This document shows positions 50,355 to 60,178 of a DNA stretch of 64,000 nt, piece after piece. Position numbers and translations under genes: made by a program. The DNA comes from Fidelibacterota bacterium (lineage in GTDB: Bacteria; Pseudomonadota; Alphaproteobacteria; Rhodospirillales; Rhodospirillaceae), in assembly GCA_947475295.1 (NCBI GenBank), contig CANJLF010000002.1:120690-184689 (forward strand), given 5' to 3'. Within the stretch, counting starts at the first letter, position 1. Each line of letters opens with the position of its first letter. The notes under the pieces were generated by a model. That model saw only the letters and a list, made by a program, of their open reading frames with translations, was not told the origin of the DNA and did not search any database.

Positions 50355-51569
50355 GTGCTGTATACCGCCTACCAATGGCAGTCCGACCTGATGGCGCCGC
50401 TGCGCAAAGCGGCAGTCCAGGCCCAGGCCGTGCTGAAGCCGCTGCGCGGATTGCCCGGATTTGGGGGCGTGGCCTATATCAACGCGGTCTGGGAGTTCAT
50501 TGCCCGGGCGGGGCTTAGCCACCATCGGCCCCATTACGGCATCAACAAGGTCCTGGTCGGCGAGCGCGAGGGCAAGGTCACCGAGGAAAGTGTGCGCGTG
50601 ACACCCTTTGCGACCCTGCTGCATTTCCGCAAAGACGTCGACGTGCCCCAGCCGCGTGTACTGGTGGTGGCGCCGCTGTCGGGACATTTCGCCACCCTTT
50701 TGCGTGGGACTGTCGAGACCCTGCTCGTCGACCACGACGTCTATATGACCGACTGGCACAACGCCCGCGACATTCCCATCACCGACGGCCGCTTCGGTTT
50801 TGACGAATACGTCGAACACATCATCACCTTCCTGGAAGCCATTGGTCCCGGAGGTCATATGATCGCCGTGTGCCAGCCTTGCGTTCATGCGCTGGCGGCC
50901 GTGGCGATCATGGCCGAGGACAACAATCCCGCTCAGCCGCGCAGCATGACATTGATGGCGGGCCCCGTGGATACCCGCGTCAATCCGACCAAAGTGAACT
51001 GCCTCGCCAACGAAAAAACCATCGGCTGGTTCGAGCACAATCTGATTTCCACCGTGCCGCCGTGCCACAAGGGCGGCGGGCGGCGGGTTTATCCGGGCTT
51101 TATCCAGCTGGCCGCATTCATGTCCATGAACGCCGCGCGGCATAGGAAGGCCCATCAAGATCTGTTCATGCATATGGTCAACGGCGAGACCGAAAAAGCC
51201 GAAGCCATCAAAGAATTTTACGACGAATATTTTGCCGTGCTTGATCTGCCGGCCGAGTTCTATCTGGAAACCGTCGCCAAAGTGTTCCAGGACGCGCAGC
51301 TGGCCAAGGGCGAGTTGACATACAAGGGAAGACTGGTGAACCCCGCCGCCATCCGGCGCACGGCGCTTCTGACGGTCGAGGGCGAGCGCGACGATATCTG
51401 CGCGCCCGGACAAACGGTCGCCGCTCATGACCTGTGTACGGGACTAAAGCCCTATATGAAGCGCCATCACTTGCAGCCCGGCGTCGGCCACTACGGCGTC
51501 TTCAGCGGGCGGCGCTGGGAGAACCAGATCTATCCCATGGTCCGGAATTTGATGCTCTCCATGGCCTAA
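50355..51569 (+). CDS. phaZ: intracellular polyhydroxyalkanoate depolymerase
   Basis: MLYTAYQWQSDLMAPLR N-terminus, ...VVAPLSGHFATLLR...DWHNARD...CQPC... pattern, ~404 aa. Confidence 0.85.
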   Translation: MLYTAYQWQSDLMAPLRKAAVQAQAVLKPLRGLPGFGGVAYINAVWEFIARAGLSHHRPHYGINKVLVGEREGKVTEESVRVTPFATLLHFRKDVDVPQPRVLVVAPLSGHFATLLRGTVETLLVDHDVYMTDWHNARDIPITDGRFGFDEYVEHIITFLEAIGPGGHMIAVCQPCVHALAAVAIMAEDNNPAQPRSMTLMAGPVDTRVNPTKVNCLANEKTIGWFEHNLISTVPPCHKGGGRRVYPGFIQLAAFMSMNAARHRKAHQDLFMHMVNGETEKAEAIKEFYDEYFAVLDLPAEFYLETVAKVFQDAQLAKGELTYKGRLVNPAAIRRTALLTVEGERDDICAPGQTVAAHDLCTGLKPYMKRHHLQPGVGHYGVFSGRRWENQIYPMVRNLMLSMA

Positions 51570-51581
51570 GCGGCTATACCG

Positions 51582-51749
51582 CTAGTGGAGCGGATTTGAC
51601 ATTCGCTAACCGACCTCGCCGTGAGACCACGAAGCGAATGTCAAATCCTAAGCTCCACTAGATTCTATAATTTCTAGTGGTCCTTTGATTCTAACATTCG
51701 CAAGATAGCTCCCTGAACCGGGATGCGAATGTTAGAATCGGACCACTAG
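51582..51749. repeat. double-hairpin intergenic repeat element, copy 2 (reverse orientation; hairpin B' 51582-51661, hairpin A' 51674-51749)
   Basis: CTAGTGGAGCGGATTTGACATTCGC...GCGAATGTCAAATCCTAAGCTCCACTAG and CTAGTGGTCCTTTGATTCTAACATTCGCA...TGCGAATGTTAGAATCGGACCACTAG. The stems match the reverse complement of 24031-24199. The loops differ. Confidence 0.85.
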
Positions 51750-51751
51750 CC

Positions 51752-52522
51752 ATGAGACCCTTGCGCGCAAAACACCCAATGGACACCAAAGCCGCCGTGG
51801 TCGCGGCCTTCAGCGCCGCCGCCGACACCTATGAGGACGGCGCCGAATTGCAGCGCGATGTCGCCGCGCGGCTGGCCCGGCGCATCGCGGTGCTTTCCCT
51901 GCCCGAGCGTCCGCGCATTCTGGAAATCGGCTGCGGCACCGGTTTTTTGAGCCGCGCGCTACTCGCGATGATTCCCTCCGAACTGATGCTGACGGATGTC
52001 TCGGAAGCGATGCTAAATCGCTGCCGGGAGACCTTGGGGCCAATAGCCACTGCGCGCTATCTCGCCATGGATGGCGAGCGGCCCACGTTGGCACCCGGCT
52101 TCGACCTAATCTGTTCGAGCCTAGCGTTCCAATGGTTCGACGATTTACCCGCCGCGCTGCCGCGTCTGGCTACGCTGCTAAATCCCGGCGGCCATCTGGC
52201 CTTCTCTACGCTTGGCAGCGGCAGCTTCGAGAGCTGGAAGCAGGCCTTCGCCGATCTCAACATGCCGTCGGGGATGCGTGCCTATCCCAGCCGCGCCGCC
52301 CTCGCGGCGCTGCTGTCACCGCAGCTAGAAGTCGACGAACAGCACTTAACCCGGCGCTATGCTAACGGTCACGCCTTTCTGGACGAGCTAAAGTTGATCG
52401 GCGCCCACGCGCCGGAAGACAATCATCGGCCAGCACCCGGCCCTTTGCGCCGCGTTTTGCGCGGATTTGAAGGCGGCATCGACGTGACCTATCACGCCCT
52501 TTACGGGATTTGGCGTGCTTAG
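51752..52522 (+). CDS. bioC: malonyl-ACP O-methyltransferase
   Basis: SAM-MTase motif ILEIGCGTGFLS and ...FDLICSSLAFQW.... Within the bio cluster. Start could be the ATG at 51779. Confidence 0.75.
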   Translation: MRPLRAKHPMDTKAAVVAAFSAAADTYEDGAELQRDVAARLARRIAVLSLPERPRILEIGCGTGFLSRALLAMIPSELMLTDVSEAMLNRCRETLGPIATARYLAMDGERPTLAPGFDLICSSLAFQWFDDLPAALPRLATLLNPGGHLAFSTLGSGSFESWKQAFADLNMPSGMRAYPSRAALAALLSPQLEVDEQHLTRRYANGHAFLDELKLIGAHAPEDNHRPAPGPLRRVLRGFEGGIDVTYHALYGIWRA

Positions 52523-53781
52523 GGCTTGCGCAGCACGTCGACGATGGCAGCCGTCAGGGTGTTCAGATCCTCGTCGCTTATGGTCAGCGCGGGTGTGAGA
52601 TAAACAATATTGTTGAAGGGCCTCACCCAGACGCCGGCTTCGACAAAGCGATTTTTCAGGGCATTCAAGTCATCGATCCTATCGAGCTCGACGACACCGA
52701 TGGCGCCTTTGACGCGTACATCTTTGACGCCCGCGATATCACGGCATGGGGCGAGCCCCGCTTCCAACCCTTCCGAGATATCCATGGCTTGCGCAAGCCG
52801 CGGCTCCAGATCGAACAGATCGAGCGAGGCATTGGCCGCGGCGCAGGCCAGCGGATTAGCCATGAATGTGGGCCCATGCATCAGCGCGTGTTTGGGATCG
52901 TCGGACCAAAAGGCATCGAAAATTTTGCCGCGCGCAACAGTCGCGGCGAGCGCCATGGTGCCGCCGGTCAGTGCTTTGGAAAGCGTGATGATATCAGGCA
53001 CGATACCTGCGGAGTCGCAGGCAAACATACTGCCGGTGCGCCCGAAGCCCGTGAAAATCTCGTCGGCGATCAGCAGCAGCATGTAGCGGTCCGCCGCCGC
53101 GCGGATGCGCTGCAAAACTTCCTGACCGTGGAACAGCATTCCTCCGGCGCCTTGCACCAAAGGCTCTACGATGATGCCCGCCAATTCACCGGCGTGCTCT
53201 TTCAGAAATTTATCGAAAGCCGCGATGGTTTTCTCGTCGCTCGGCAGATCGATGACAAAGTGTTTGGGAAGCAACCCATCGAACAGCTTGTGCATACCCT
53301 CTGCGGGATCGCTCACGGACATGGCGGCAATCGTGTCGCCGTGATAACCGCCCTTAAAAGCGAGGAAGGTACTGCGCTTGCGTACATTTTTGTTCAGCCA
53401 ATACTGCGTCGCCATCTTCAGCGCCACTTCGACCGCGACTGAGCCGGAATCGCTGAAGAACACCCGATCCAAATCACCCGGCAGCATCTTCACCAACCGT
53501 TCCGCCAGCCTCAGGGCCGGCTTGTGTGTCAAACCACCGAACATCACATGCGGCATGAGATCGAGCTGGCTGGAGACGGCGGCGCGGATATGCGGATGGT
53601 TATAGCCGTGGCAAGCCGTCCACCAGGACGCAATGCCGTCGATAAGCTCGCGCCCATCGGCGAGCCCAATGCGCGTGCCGTGGGTATGGGACACCGCCAG
53701 CGGCGGCATCACGGTTTTCATCTGCGTATAGGGCAGCCAAATATGCGGAAAGCCGGACGTGTACCAATCAGGCGCGGTCAC
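52519..53781 (-). CDS. bioA: adenosylmethionine-8-amino-7-oxononanoate aminotransferase
   Basis: WLPYTQMK...SWW...HGYNHP..., and PLP Lys context ...DIITLSKALTGG.... Confidence 0.9.
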   Translation of the reverse strand: MTAPDWYTSGFPHIWLPYTQMKTVMPPLAVSHTHGTRIGLADGRELIDGIASWWTACHGYNHPHIRAAVSSQLDLMPHVMFGGLTHKPALRLAERLVKMLPGDLDRVFFSDSGSVAVEVALKMATQYWLNKNVRKRSTFLAFKGGYHGDTIAAMSVSDPAEGMHKLFDGLLPKHFVIDLPSDEKTIAAFDKFLKEHAGELAGIIVEPLVQGAGGMLFHGQEVLQRIRAAADRYMLLLIADEIFTGFGRTGSMFACDSAGIVPDIITLSKALTGGTMALAATVARGKIFDAFWSDDPKHALMHGPTFMANPLACAAANASLDLFDLEPRLAQAMDISEGLEAGLAPCRDIAGVKDVRVKGAIGVVELDRIDDLNALKNRFVEAGVWVRPFNNIVYLTPALTISDEDLNTLTAAIVDVLRKP

Positions 53782-53793
53782 TGGGCGCGCTCC

Positions 53794-54825
53794 TTACGCC
53801 GGCATCGGCACCATGCCGAGCCGCGCGAACAGCGCGGTGTCGTGATCCTCGCCCGGGTTCGGCGTGGTCAGCAATTTGGCGCCGTAGAAGATCGAATTTG
53901 CGCCGGCGAGGAAACACAGCGCCTGGATTTCGTCGGACATTTCTTCGCGGCCCGCCGACAGGCGCACCATGGAGCGCGGCATGGTGATACGGGCCACCGC
54001 GATGGTGCGCACGAAATCGAATTGGTCGAGTTTAGCGGCGCCTTTCAGCGGTGTGCCTTCCACCTGCACCAGCATATTGATGGGCACGCTTTCGGGATGG
54101 GCGGGTAGGGTCGCCAGCGTCGTGATCATGCCGACGCGGTCCTCGGCTTCCTCGCCCATGCCGACAATACCGCCGCAGCACACATTGATGCCGGCGTCGC
54201 GCACATGGGCCAGGGTGTTGAGGCGGTCGGCATAAGTGCGCGTTGTGATAATGCTGCCGTAGAATTCCGCCGAGGTGTCGAGGTTGTGGTTGTAGTAATC
54301 GAGGCCGGAGCATTTCAGGCGGATGGCCTGTTCCGGTGTGAGCATGCCGAGCGTCGCGCAGGATTCGAGGCCCAGGGCCTTCACACCTTCGACCATGGCG
54401 CAGACGGCGTCGAGATCGCGGTCCTTGGGCGAACGCCAGGCGGCACCCATGCAGAAGCGTGTGGCGCCGGCGGCTTTGGCGGAGCGGGCTTCGGCCAGCA
54501 CCTTCTCGACTTCCATGAGCTTGGAGGCCGGCAGGCCGGTGTCATGGTGGGAGCTTTGCGGGCAGTAGCCGCAGTCTTCCGGGCAGCCGCCGGTCTTGAT
54601 GGACAAAAGCGTCGAGACCTGAACCTCGCGCGGATCGAAATTCATGCGGTGGACCGTCTGGGCCTGGAACATCAGCTCGGGGAACGGCAGGGCGAACAGC
54701 GCCCGGACCTCGTCCTTCGTCCAATCGTGCCGGACGCTTCCTAATTTAGGTCCCAATTCATGTACTTTTGTGAAAGCTTTGGAAGCAACTACTTTGGAAG
54801 CAATGGCCTCGACCATCGTAGACAT
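53794..54825 (-). CDS. bioB: biotin synthase
   Basis: Radical-SAM [11 protein letters not shown], and ...YNHNLDTS...[10 protein letters not shown].... Confidence 0.95.
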   Translation of the reverse strand: MSTMVEAIASKVVASKAFTKVHELGPKLGSVRHDWTKDEVRALFALPFPELMFQAQTVHRMNFDPREVQVSTLLSIKTGGCPEDCGYCPQSSHHDTGLPASKLMEVEKVLAEARSAKAAGATRFCMGAAWRSPKDRDLDAVCAMVEGVKALGLESCATLGMLTPEQAIRLKCSGLDYYNHNLDTSAEFYGSIITTRTYADRLNTLAHVRDAGINVCCGGIVGMGEEAEDRVGMITTLATLPAHPESVPINMLVQVEGTPLKGAAKLDQFDFVRTIAVARITMPRSMVRLSAGREEMSDEIQALCFLAGANSIFYGAKLLTTPNPGEDHDTALFARLGMVPMPA

Positions 54826-54909
54826 ATTCAGTATGCCTTTCTAAGAACCAATTCCGTCAGGATTGGGTAAAGATACACCCCTGCCTCGTCAATCCCAAGC
54901 AGAGCAGTT

Positions 54910-56070
54910 ATGAGCAGCCTCGATACCTTTGCCGCACAAAAGCTCGCCAGTCTGGACGCCAAGCATTTGCGCCGGACGCTGGTCGATACGGCGCGGGAAG
55001 ACGGCATCTGGCTGGTGCGGGGCGGTCGGCGGCTTTTGTCCTTTTCCTGCAACGACTATCTGAACTTCACGCAAAATTCGGCCGTACAGGAAGCTGCCAT
55101 CGCGGCGATCCGCGCCCATGGCGTCGGCGCAGGCGCTTCGCGCCTTGTGACCGGCAATCACCCGCTGTTCGCCGTACTTGAGACAAAGCTGGCAAAGCTG
55201 AAAGATACGGAGGCGGCCTGTGTTTTCGGTTCAGGCTATCTCGCCAACCTCGGGATTGTCTCGGGCCTCGTGGGCCGCAACGACCTGGTGCTGGTGGACG
55301 AGCTTTCCCATTCCTGCATCTTGGCGGGCGCGGCCTTGAGCGGCGGAAAGCTGCTCGCCTTCCGGCACAACGATGTGGCCCACGCCGAGGAACTGCTGAA
55401 AGCCCATCGCGGCAGTCATCGTCACGTCCTGATCGCCACCGACGGCGTGTTCTCCATGGACGGAGACTTGGCGCCCTTGCACGAATTGGCGGCGTTAGCC
55501 CGCGCGTACGATGCCTGGCTGCTGTCCGACGACGCCCACGGTATCGGCGTGGTCGGCGGCGGGCGCGGGTCGAGCTTTGTGCAAGGCCGCAAAGCCGACG
55601 TTGACTTGCAGATGGGCACGCTGTCCAAAGCCATCGGCGGCTGCGGTGGATATCTGTGCGCGTCTCAGCCGGTCATCGATCTCATTAAAACCCGTGCCCG
55701 CACCTTGGTCTATTCGACCGGGCTGCCGCCAGCCAGCGTCGCCGGTGCGATTGCGGCGATTGATCTGATCGAACGCGATCCCAATCACGCTGCCAAACCC
55801 TTGCGCAAGGCCAAAGGCTTCACGGCACGGCTGGGCCTGCCCGAGGCGCAAAGCCCCATCGTGCCGATCATCATCGGCGACACCGAGGAAACCTTGAAAG
55901 CCTCGCGCATGCTGGAGGACGAAGGGTTCCTGGTGGCCGCCATCCGTCCGCCGACGGTAGCGCCCGGCACGTCGCGGCTGCGCATTACGTTCACCGCGGC
56001 TCATCCCGATGCCGAGATCGAACGCCTGGCGTCGATCATCGGCGAACGCATTTTGAAACGGCCACTTTAG
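54910..56070 (+). CDS. bioF: 8-amino-7-oxononanoate synthase
   Basis: SCNDYLNF...GAGASRLVTGN...DDAHGIGV...GTLSKA PLP-Lys motif. Confidence 0.9.
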   Translation: MSSLDTFAAQKLASLDAKHLRRTLVDTAREDGIWLVRGGRRLLSFSCNDYLNFTQNSAVQEAAIAAIRAHGVGAGASRLVTGNHPLFAVLETKLAKLKDTEAACVFGSGYLANLGIVSGLVGRNDLVLVDELSHSCILAGAALSGGKLLAFRHNDVAHAEELLKAHRGSHRHVLIATDGVFSMDGDLAPLHELAALARAYDAWLLSDDAHGIGVVGGGRGSSFVQGRKADVDLQMGTLSKAIGGCGGYLCASQPVIDLIKTRARTLVYSTGLPPASVAGAIAAIDLIERDPNHAAKPLRKAKGFTARLGLPEAQSPIVPIIIGDTEETLKASRMLEDEGFLVAAIRPPTVAPGTSRLRITFTAAHPDAEIERLASIIGERILKRPL

Positions 56071-56081
56071 AAAAGCATCTC

Positions 56082-56756
56082 ATGCCCGCATTTTTTGTCA
56101 CCGCCACCGGCACCGATATCGGCAAGACCTTCGTTGCCGCGGGCCTCGTTAAAATACTGAAGCAGCGCGGTCAGGCCGTCGCAGCCATCAAGCCCGTGGC
56201 CAGCGGCTACAACGACGAGGACGCCGCGCAAAGCGACGCGGGCCGGCTACTGACGGCGATGGAGCAGCCTGTCACGGCGGAAAACATCGCGGCGATTTGC
56301 CCTTGGCGTTTTGCCGCGGCCCTTTCGCCCCATATGGCGGCGGCCCGCGAGGGCAAGAAAATTGATTATGCGGGCCTTCTCGGCTTCACGCGCAAAGCCG
56401 TCGCCCAGACCGAAGGCATTCTACTGATCGAAGGCATCGGCGGCGTCATGGTGCCTCTGGACACCAAACACACCACGCTCGACTGGATGGCGGAGGTGAA
56501 GCTGCCGCTGATCCTGGTGGTGGGCAGTTACCTCGGCACCATCAGTCACACCCTGACGGCGGTGGAGGCCCTGACGGCGCGGGGCTTAAGACTTGTCACC
56601 CTGGTGGTGAATGAGTCGCCGGGCAGCAGCGTCGCCCACGCCGAGACCGCCCAAACCCTCGCCGCCCGCGTCAATACGCCGGTGGTGACATTGCCGCGCG
56701 ACGCGATGACGAGCAACGCCGGCTTCGTGGCCCTTGAGGCTTTGGTCTCCGGATAA
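56082..56756 (+). CDS. bioD: dethiobiotin synthase
   Basis: FFVTATGTDIGKTFV P-loop and ...IEGIGGVMVPL.... Confidence 0.85.
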   Translation: MPAFFVTATGTDIGKTFVAAGLVKILKQRGQAVAAIKPVASGYNDEDAAQSDAGRLLTAMEQPVTAENIAAICPWRFAAALSPHMAAAREGKKIDYAGLLGFTRKAVAQTEGILLIEGIGGVMVPLDTKHTTLDWMAEVKLPLILVVGSYLGTISHTLTAVEALTARGLRLVTLVVNESPGSSVAHAETAQTLAARVNTPVVTLPRDAMTSNAGFVALEALVSG

Positions 56757-57161
56757 CTACTCCGCATCCTCGCAGGAAAATCCCAGCTCGCTCAAGCCCT
56801 CTTCCAGCTCGTCGGCCAGGAGCGGCTGGCTGAGCAGATAGCGCGCAACGCGCTTGGGGTGCTCCTCCAGGGCGACCTCGACCGCTTCATCCCAATCGTC
56901 GGCGGTATAGGTGCCGCGTCCGACCCAGGTGAGCGCCACGAGATTGGACTGTTCGTCTTCGTTGAGGCTGTCGATAAACGCCTTGAGATCGTCGAGCTCG
57001 GGATTTCCGGCGTCGCCGCCATCGTCGTCTTCCGGCAGCTCATCGCGCATTGTGTCATCGCCGGCGTGGTGGCCTGGCTCGTCGTCGAGGGGGTCCAGAT
57101 CGGCCAACACCTCGCGCGCGCGGTTGATAACGTAGCAAACGGTCTCGACAGCGATATCCAT
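56757..57161 (-). CDS. acidic protein, DUF3775-like
   Basis: ...SNLVALTWVGRGTYTADDWDEAV... resembles my memory of DUF3775. Very acidic. Confidence 0.55.
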   Translation of the reverse strand: MDIAVETVCYVINRAREVLADLDPLDDEPGHHAGDDTMRDELPEDDDGGDAGNPELDDLKAFIDSLNEDEQSNLVALTWVGRGTYTADDWDEAVEVALEEHPKRVARYLLSQPLLADELEEGLSELGFSCEDAE

Positions 57162-57184
57162 AGTGCCGGTTGACCTCCGAAAAA

Positions 57185-58216
57185 CTAGCGCGTCATTGGA
57201 CAGGATTCGCCGAAGGCTTTCAACGCCAGATCGGGGGTGTCGGTGAACAGCCCATCAACGCCCAAGCCGGCGAATTGGCAATATTCTCGCGCGGCACTGC
57301 CGCCGTAACTCGCGGGTAAAAATTGCGCCTCGGGCCGGAAGGTATAGGGGTGCACAAGAAGCCCGGCGCGGTGGGCGCGCGTCACCAGATCGGTGGGCGT
57401 GCCCGCCTGGCCGGCGGCATTGACCGGCACAATCATGGTCTTGGCCGGGCCAATACCCTTGGCATAGCTGGCTACGGCTTTCAGCCCAGCGTCGGTCGTA
57501 AAGGGACCGGCTGCCTCTAAAAGGAGAATATTCGGCAAGGTCGTGAGGGCGGAAAAGCGTTTGACGCTGTCGGCATCGAAAGATTCGAGGAAGATCGGCG
57601 AGCCGGGCCGGTCCAGCGCCCAGGCCTTCAGGATCGACACCAAGGGCTCCTCCAGGGGCCGATTGATGGACCTGAAGTAGGCCGGGTTCTTGACCTCGAT
57701 ATAAACGCCGATGGTGCGCCCGGTCTCGCGCGCCTTGGTAGCCCGCAAGACCAGGATATTGGCGATGGTCGGGATCACGAACCGTCCGTTGTAAGTCTGG
57801 CTGCGGAAGGGCACACGCTCCACGGCGCGCACGGTGGAAAGCTCGTCGAGGGTGAAGTCCTCGGTGAACCAGCCTTCGACGCTTTTGCCGTTGATGACCT
57901 TGGTGGTCTTGCGGTCGGGGAAGCGGCGGGCGACGTCGGTGGTGTCGGCGATGTTGTTCTCATGGCGCGCCACCAGATAGCCGTCCCTGGTGGCCACCAG
58001 ATCGGCCTCGATGTAGTCGGCGCCCTGCTCGATGGCCAGCGCATAGCTCTCGATGGTGTGCTCGGGCAGATAGCCGCTGGCGCCGCGATGGCCGATGACC
58101 AGCGGGCGTTTTTGGGCTGCCTGGGGGGCGGTCGCGGGCTCTGCCGCGAGGGCGGGCAAAACAAAACCGACGACGCATGAGATCAAGAGCAGGCGCAGCA
58201 AGGGGGGTGCCTCCAA
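57185..58216 (-). CDS. glpQ: periplasmic glycerophosphodiester phosphodiesterase
   Basis: Signal peptide, then VIGHRGASGYLPEHT...YIEADLV...HENN... GDPD motifs. Confidence 0.85.
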   Translation of the reverse strand: MEAPPLLRLLLISCVVGFVLPALAAEPATAPQAAQKRPLVIGHRGASGYLPEHTIESYALAIEQGADYIEADLVATRDGYLVARHENNIADTTDVARRFPDRKTTKVINGKSVEGWFTEDFTLDELSTVRAVERVPFRSQTYNGRFVIPTIANILVLRATKARETGRTIGVYIEVKNPAYFRSINRPLEEPLVSILKAWALDRPGSPIFLESFDADSVKRFSALTTLPNILLLEAAGPFTTDAGLKAVASYAKGIGPAKTMIVPVNAAGQAGTPTDLVTRAHRAGLLVHPYTFRPEAQFLPASYGGSAAREYCQFAGLGVDGLFTDTPDLALKAFGESCPMTR

Positions 58217-58317
58217 AATGGCCCTGAATACACCGGCAGTTTGGCACAGTTCTGACAGCGCCGAAACCGGCGAGGCGTAGAAAAAGCCGGATGAGCGGGG
58301 ATAACCTTGTTAGGGCA

Positions 58318-58535
58318 GTTGCATCGCGCGCGCGGAAAAATCTAAACCGGGATGATCGGCGGGAATGAACCCGCCTCGTCATTTTGGAGACCTCAATGCC
58401 GAAACTTTTCCGAAACAACAGTCCCGGCACCCTCACCCGCAAACAAGCCACCGCCTTGATGAAAGAGCGCATCGGCGCACAGAGCGGCGGCGGCGCGGGC
58501 CACGACGTCTCCAACGAACCGCGTGTGCCGAAGGG
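58318..58535 (+). repeat. direct repeat copy 1: shared 5' module (upstream DNA, UTR hairpin, Shine-Dalgarno, first 46 codons)
   Basis: Aligns by eye with 59965-60178, e.g. CTAAACC.G.ATGATCGGCGGGAATGAACCCGCCTCGTCATTTTGGAGACC...ATGCC.... Confidence 0.85.
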
Positions 58536-58707
58536 CAGCGGGGATGAGAGCGGGCAGTGGACTCGGGTAGGATCGGCAGCCGACCTTGGGCCGCAGGCAA
58601 CGCTGCACCCCAAAACGGTCGTCACATGTCGAGTGTGGTGCTCACCATGCTTAAGAAGCGGGAGGGGTATCGCGCTGAGCCTTACGACGACGGCTATGGA
58701 AACATGA
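58396..58707 (+). CDS. N-terminal-module ORF of cassette 1. Either a 103-aa product or the 5' part of a frameshifted module-lysozyme fusion.
   Basis: GGAGA Shine-Dalgarno 5 nt before the ATG. MPKLFRNNSPGTLTRKQATALMKERIGAQSGGGAGHDVSNEPRVPKGSGDESGQWT is shared with cassette 2. The last ~45 aa overlap the lysozyme frame and look like out-of-frame sequence. Confidence 0.4.
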   Translation: MPKLFRNNSPGTLTRKQATALMKERIGAQSGGGAGHDVSNEPRVPKGSGDESGQWTRVGSAADLGPQATLHPKTVVTCRVWCSPCLRSGRGIALSLTTTAMET

Positions 58708-59057
58708 CCTCCGGCTATGGCCATACAGGCCCCTCAACGGGCTCAGCTGAGGAAGACTTTGACGCCGATGTCGCAAAGGCCGATGGGTACGTTCACCACT
58801 ATATCAAAGTGCCCTTAACCCAATATCAGCACGACGCGTTAAGTTCTATTATGTTTAATATGGGACCTGGCAATTTCAGGGAAACATCCCTTCCCAGCTT
58901 GCTGAATGCCGGAAAATTTGATGAGGCTGCCGACACCATTCTTCAATTGAACAAAGCGGAGAATAAGAAAACTGGAAAGATGGAATTTAGCCGAGGCTTG
59001 GCAGACCGCGGAAAACAGGAGTGGCTGTTATTCGTCGGCAAACTTACAAAGCCTTGA
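58626..59057 (+). CDS. GH24 (T4/lambda-type) lysozyme domain protein
   Basis: LKKREGYRAEPYDDGYGNMTSGYGHTG...LTQYQHDALSSIMFNMGPGNF.... The frame is open from 58548. No convincing Shine-Dalgarno before ATG 58626. Confidence 0.7.
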   Translation: MSSVVLTMLKKREGYRAEPYDDGYGNMTSGYGHTGPSTGSAEEDFDADVAKADGYVHHYIKVPLTQYQHDALSSIMFNMGPGNFRETSLPSLLNAGKFDEAADTILQLNKAENKKTGKMEFSRGLADRGKQEWLLFVGKLTKP

Positions 59058-59136
59058 AGCCGAAGTCCCCGACCGGCAAGACAGGCGCCGAAAAATCTGG
59101 CATAATTTTGACCCTTAACAATCGCGAGCTTCGACT

Positions 59137-59928
59137 ATGAAAACCGCGACTTTATATACGCTCGTATTCGGCTTTGCGGTCACTCTCTGCGCATCTGTGC
59201 ATTCGGAAGAGCTCCCCGAAGACAAGCTGATCGCGCTCGCGCGCGAAAGTCAGGAGGCGCCCTCCGTGCCTGGCGTTGACTCTGAGATCGAGCGTCGCGC
59301 GCTCGAGGCAGCCGGTAATTTTGCTTTTCGCAACGGGCATCAGCTTGTACTTGCCCTCGACGAACGCACACGCGTCTACACCGACAATCCGGAGTGCAAG
59401 GAAGAGGAAGAGGACCAGTACGGGAATAGGTCCTACCAAAATTGCGGTAGTTACAAATTGATTGTCTACGCGAAGAGCCGCGACCTCTTCGTCCTGCAAC
59501 GCTTGTGGAACGGCGCCGTTGACTACGTCGTGGTGGAGCGGGGAATGAGACATGAGACTCTGTTCGCGGATTTGCCCCATCTCTCACCCACCGGAGATTT
59601 TGCGGTCGGCACCAATTTGTCTCAGGTCGGTTCAGGAGAGGAAAAGCAATACCCTGAGCCCCATTTGGAGATCTCAATGCGGGGATCGACGTATCACGTG
59701 GACTGGGATGGGGCTCCGCACTATCCGAAAAAAGGCATAGCGCGCTATATCGTTGACGGCTGGCGGAACGACGACCCCGCCATTGAATCCAGCGAGCGCG
59801 CGGTGGAGTTGTTGGCGCACCTTGAGGTGGACGGAAAAGTTAGAGCACGATTCAAAGTGCGCAAAATTCCGCTTCATAAGATGAACGACAATGACGACTT
59901 CTACAAAGTGATCGACATCCGGCGATAG
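59137..59928 (+). CDS. secreted protein of unknown function (candidate immunity partner of the lysozyme)
   Basis: Sec-type signal MKTATLYTLVFGFAVTLCASVHS. AT-rich codon usage like the rest of the islet. No family recognised. Confidence 0.55.
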   Translation: MKTATLYTLVFGFAVTLCASVHSEELPEDKLIALARESQEAPSVPGVDSEIERRALEAAGNFAFRNGHQLVLALDERTRVYTDNPECKEEEEDQYGNRSYQNCGSYKLIVYAKSRDLFVLQRLWNGAVDYVVVERGMRHETLFADLPHLSPTGDFAVGTNLSQVGSGEEKQYPEPHLEISMRGSTYHVDWDGAPHYPKKGIARYIVDGWRNDDPAIESSERAVELLAHLEVDGKVRARFKVRKIPLHKMNDNDDFYKVIDIRR

Positions 59929-59964
59929 AAAAGCAGGATTAGCGGGAACAAGCGCCGCCGCGGC

Positions 59965-60178
59965 CATTGCATTGAGCGCGCCGAAGACTAAACCAGAATG
60001 ATCGGCGGGAATGAACCCGCCTCGTCATTTTGGAGACCCAAATGCCGCCTCTTTTCCGTAACAACAGTCCCGGCGCCCTCACCCGCAAACAAGCCACCGC
60101 CTTGATGAAGGAGCGCCTTAGCGCCCAGAACGGCGGCGGTGCGGGCCACGACGTCTCCAACGAACCGCGCGTGCCGAA
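59965..60178 (+). repeat. direct repeat copy 2 of the shared 5' module
   Basis: See 58318-58535. 41 of 46 N-terminal codons encode identical residues. Confidence 0.85.

Noticed and set aside
54826-54909. BioR/BirA-type operator in the divergent bioB-bioF promoter region
   Set aside because: I looked for TTATMKATAA-like (BioR) or long BirA-type palindromes. I found only a weak 5-bp inverted repeat (CCAAT-N11-ATTGG), which is not convincing.
58242-58257. Sigma-54-like TGGCAC-N5-TGACA upstream of cassette 1
   Set aside because: The -12 element does not match TTGC(A/T) at the required spacing, and the sequence lies outside the part duplicated in cassette 2.
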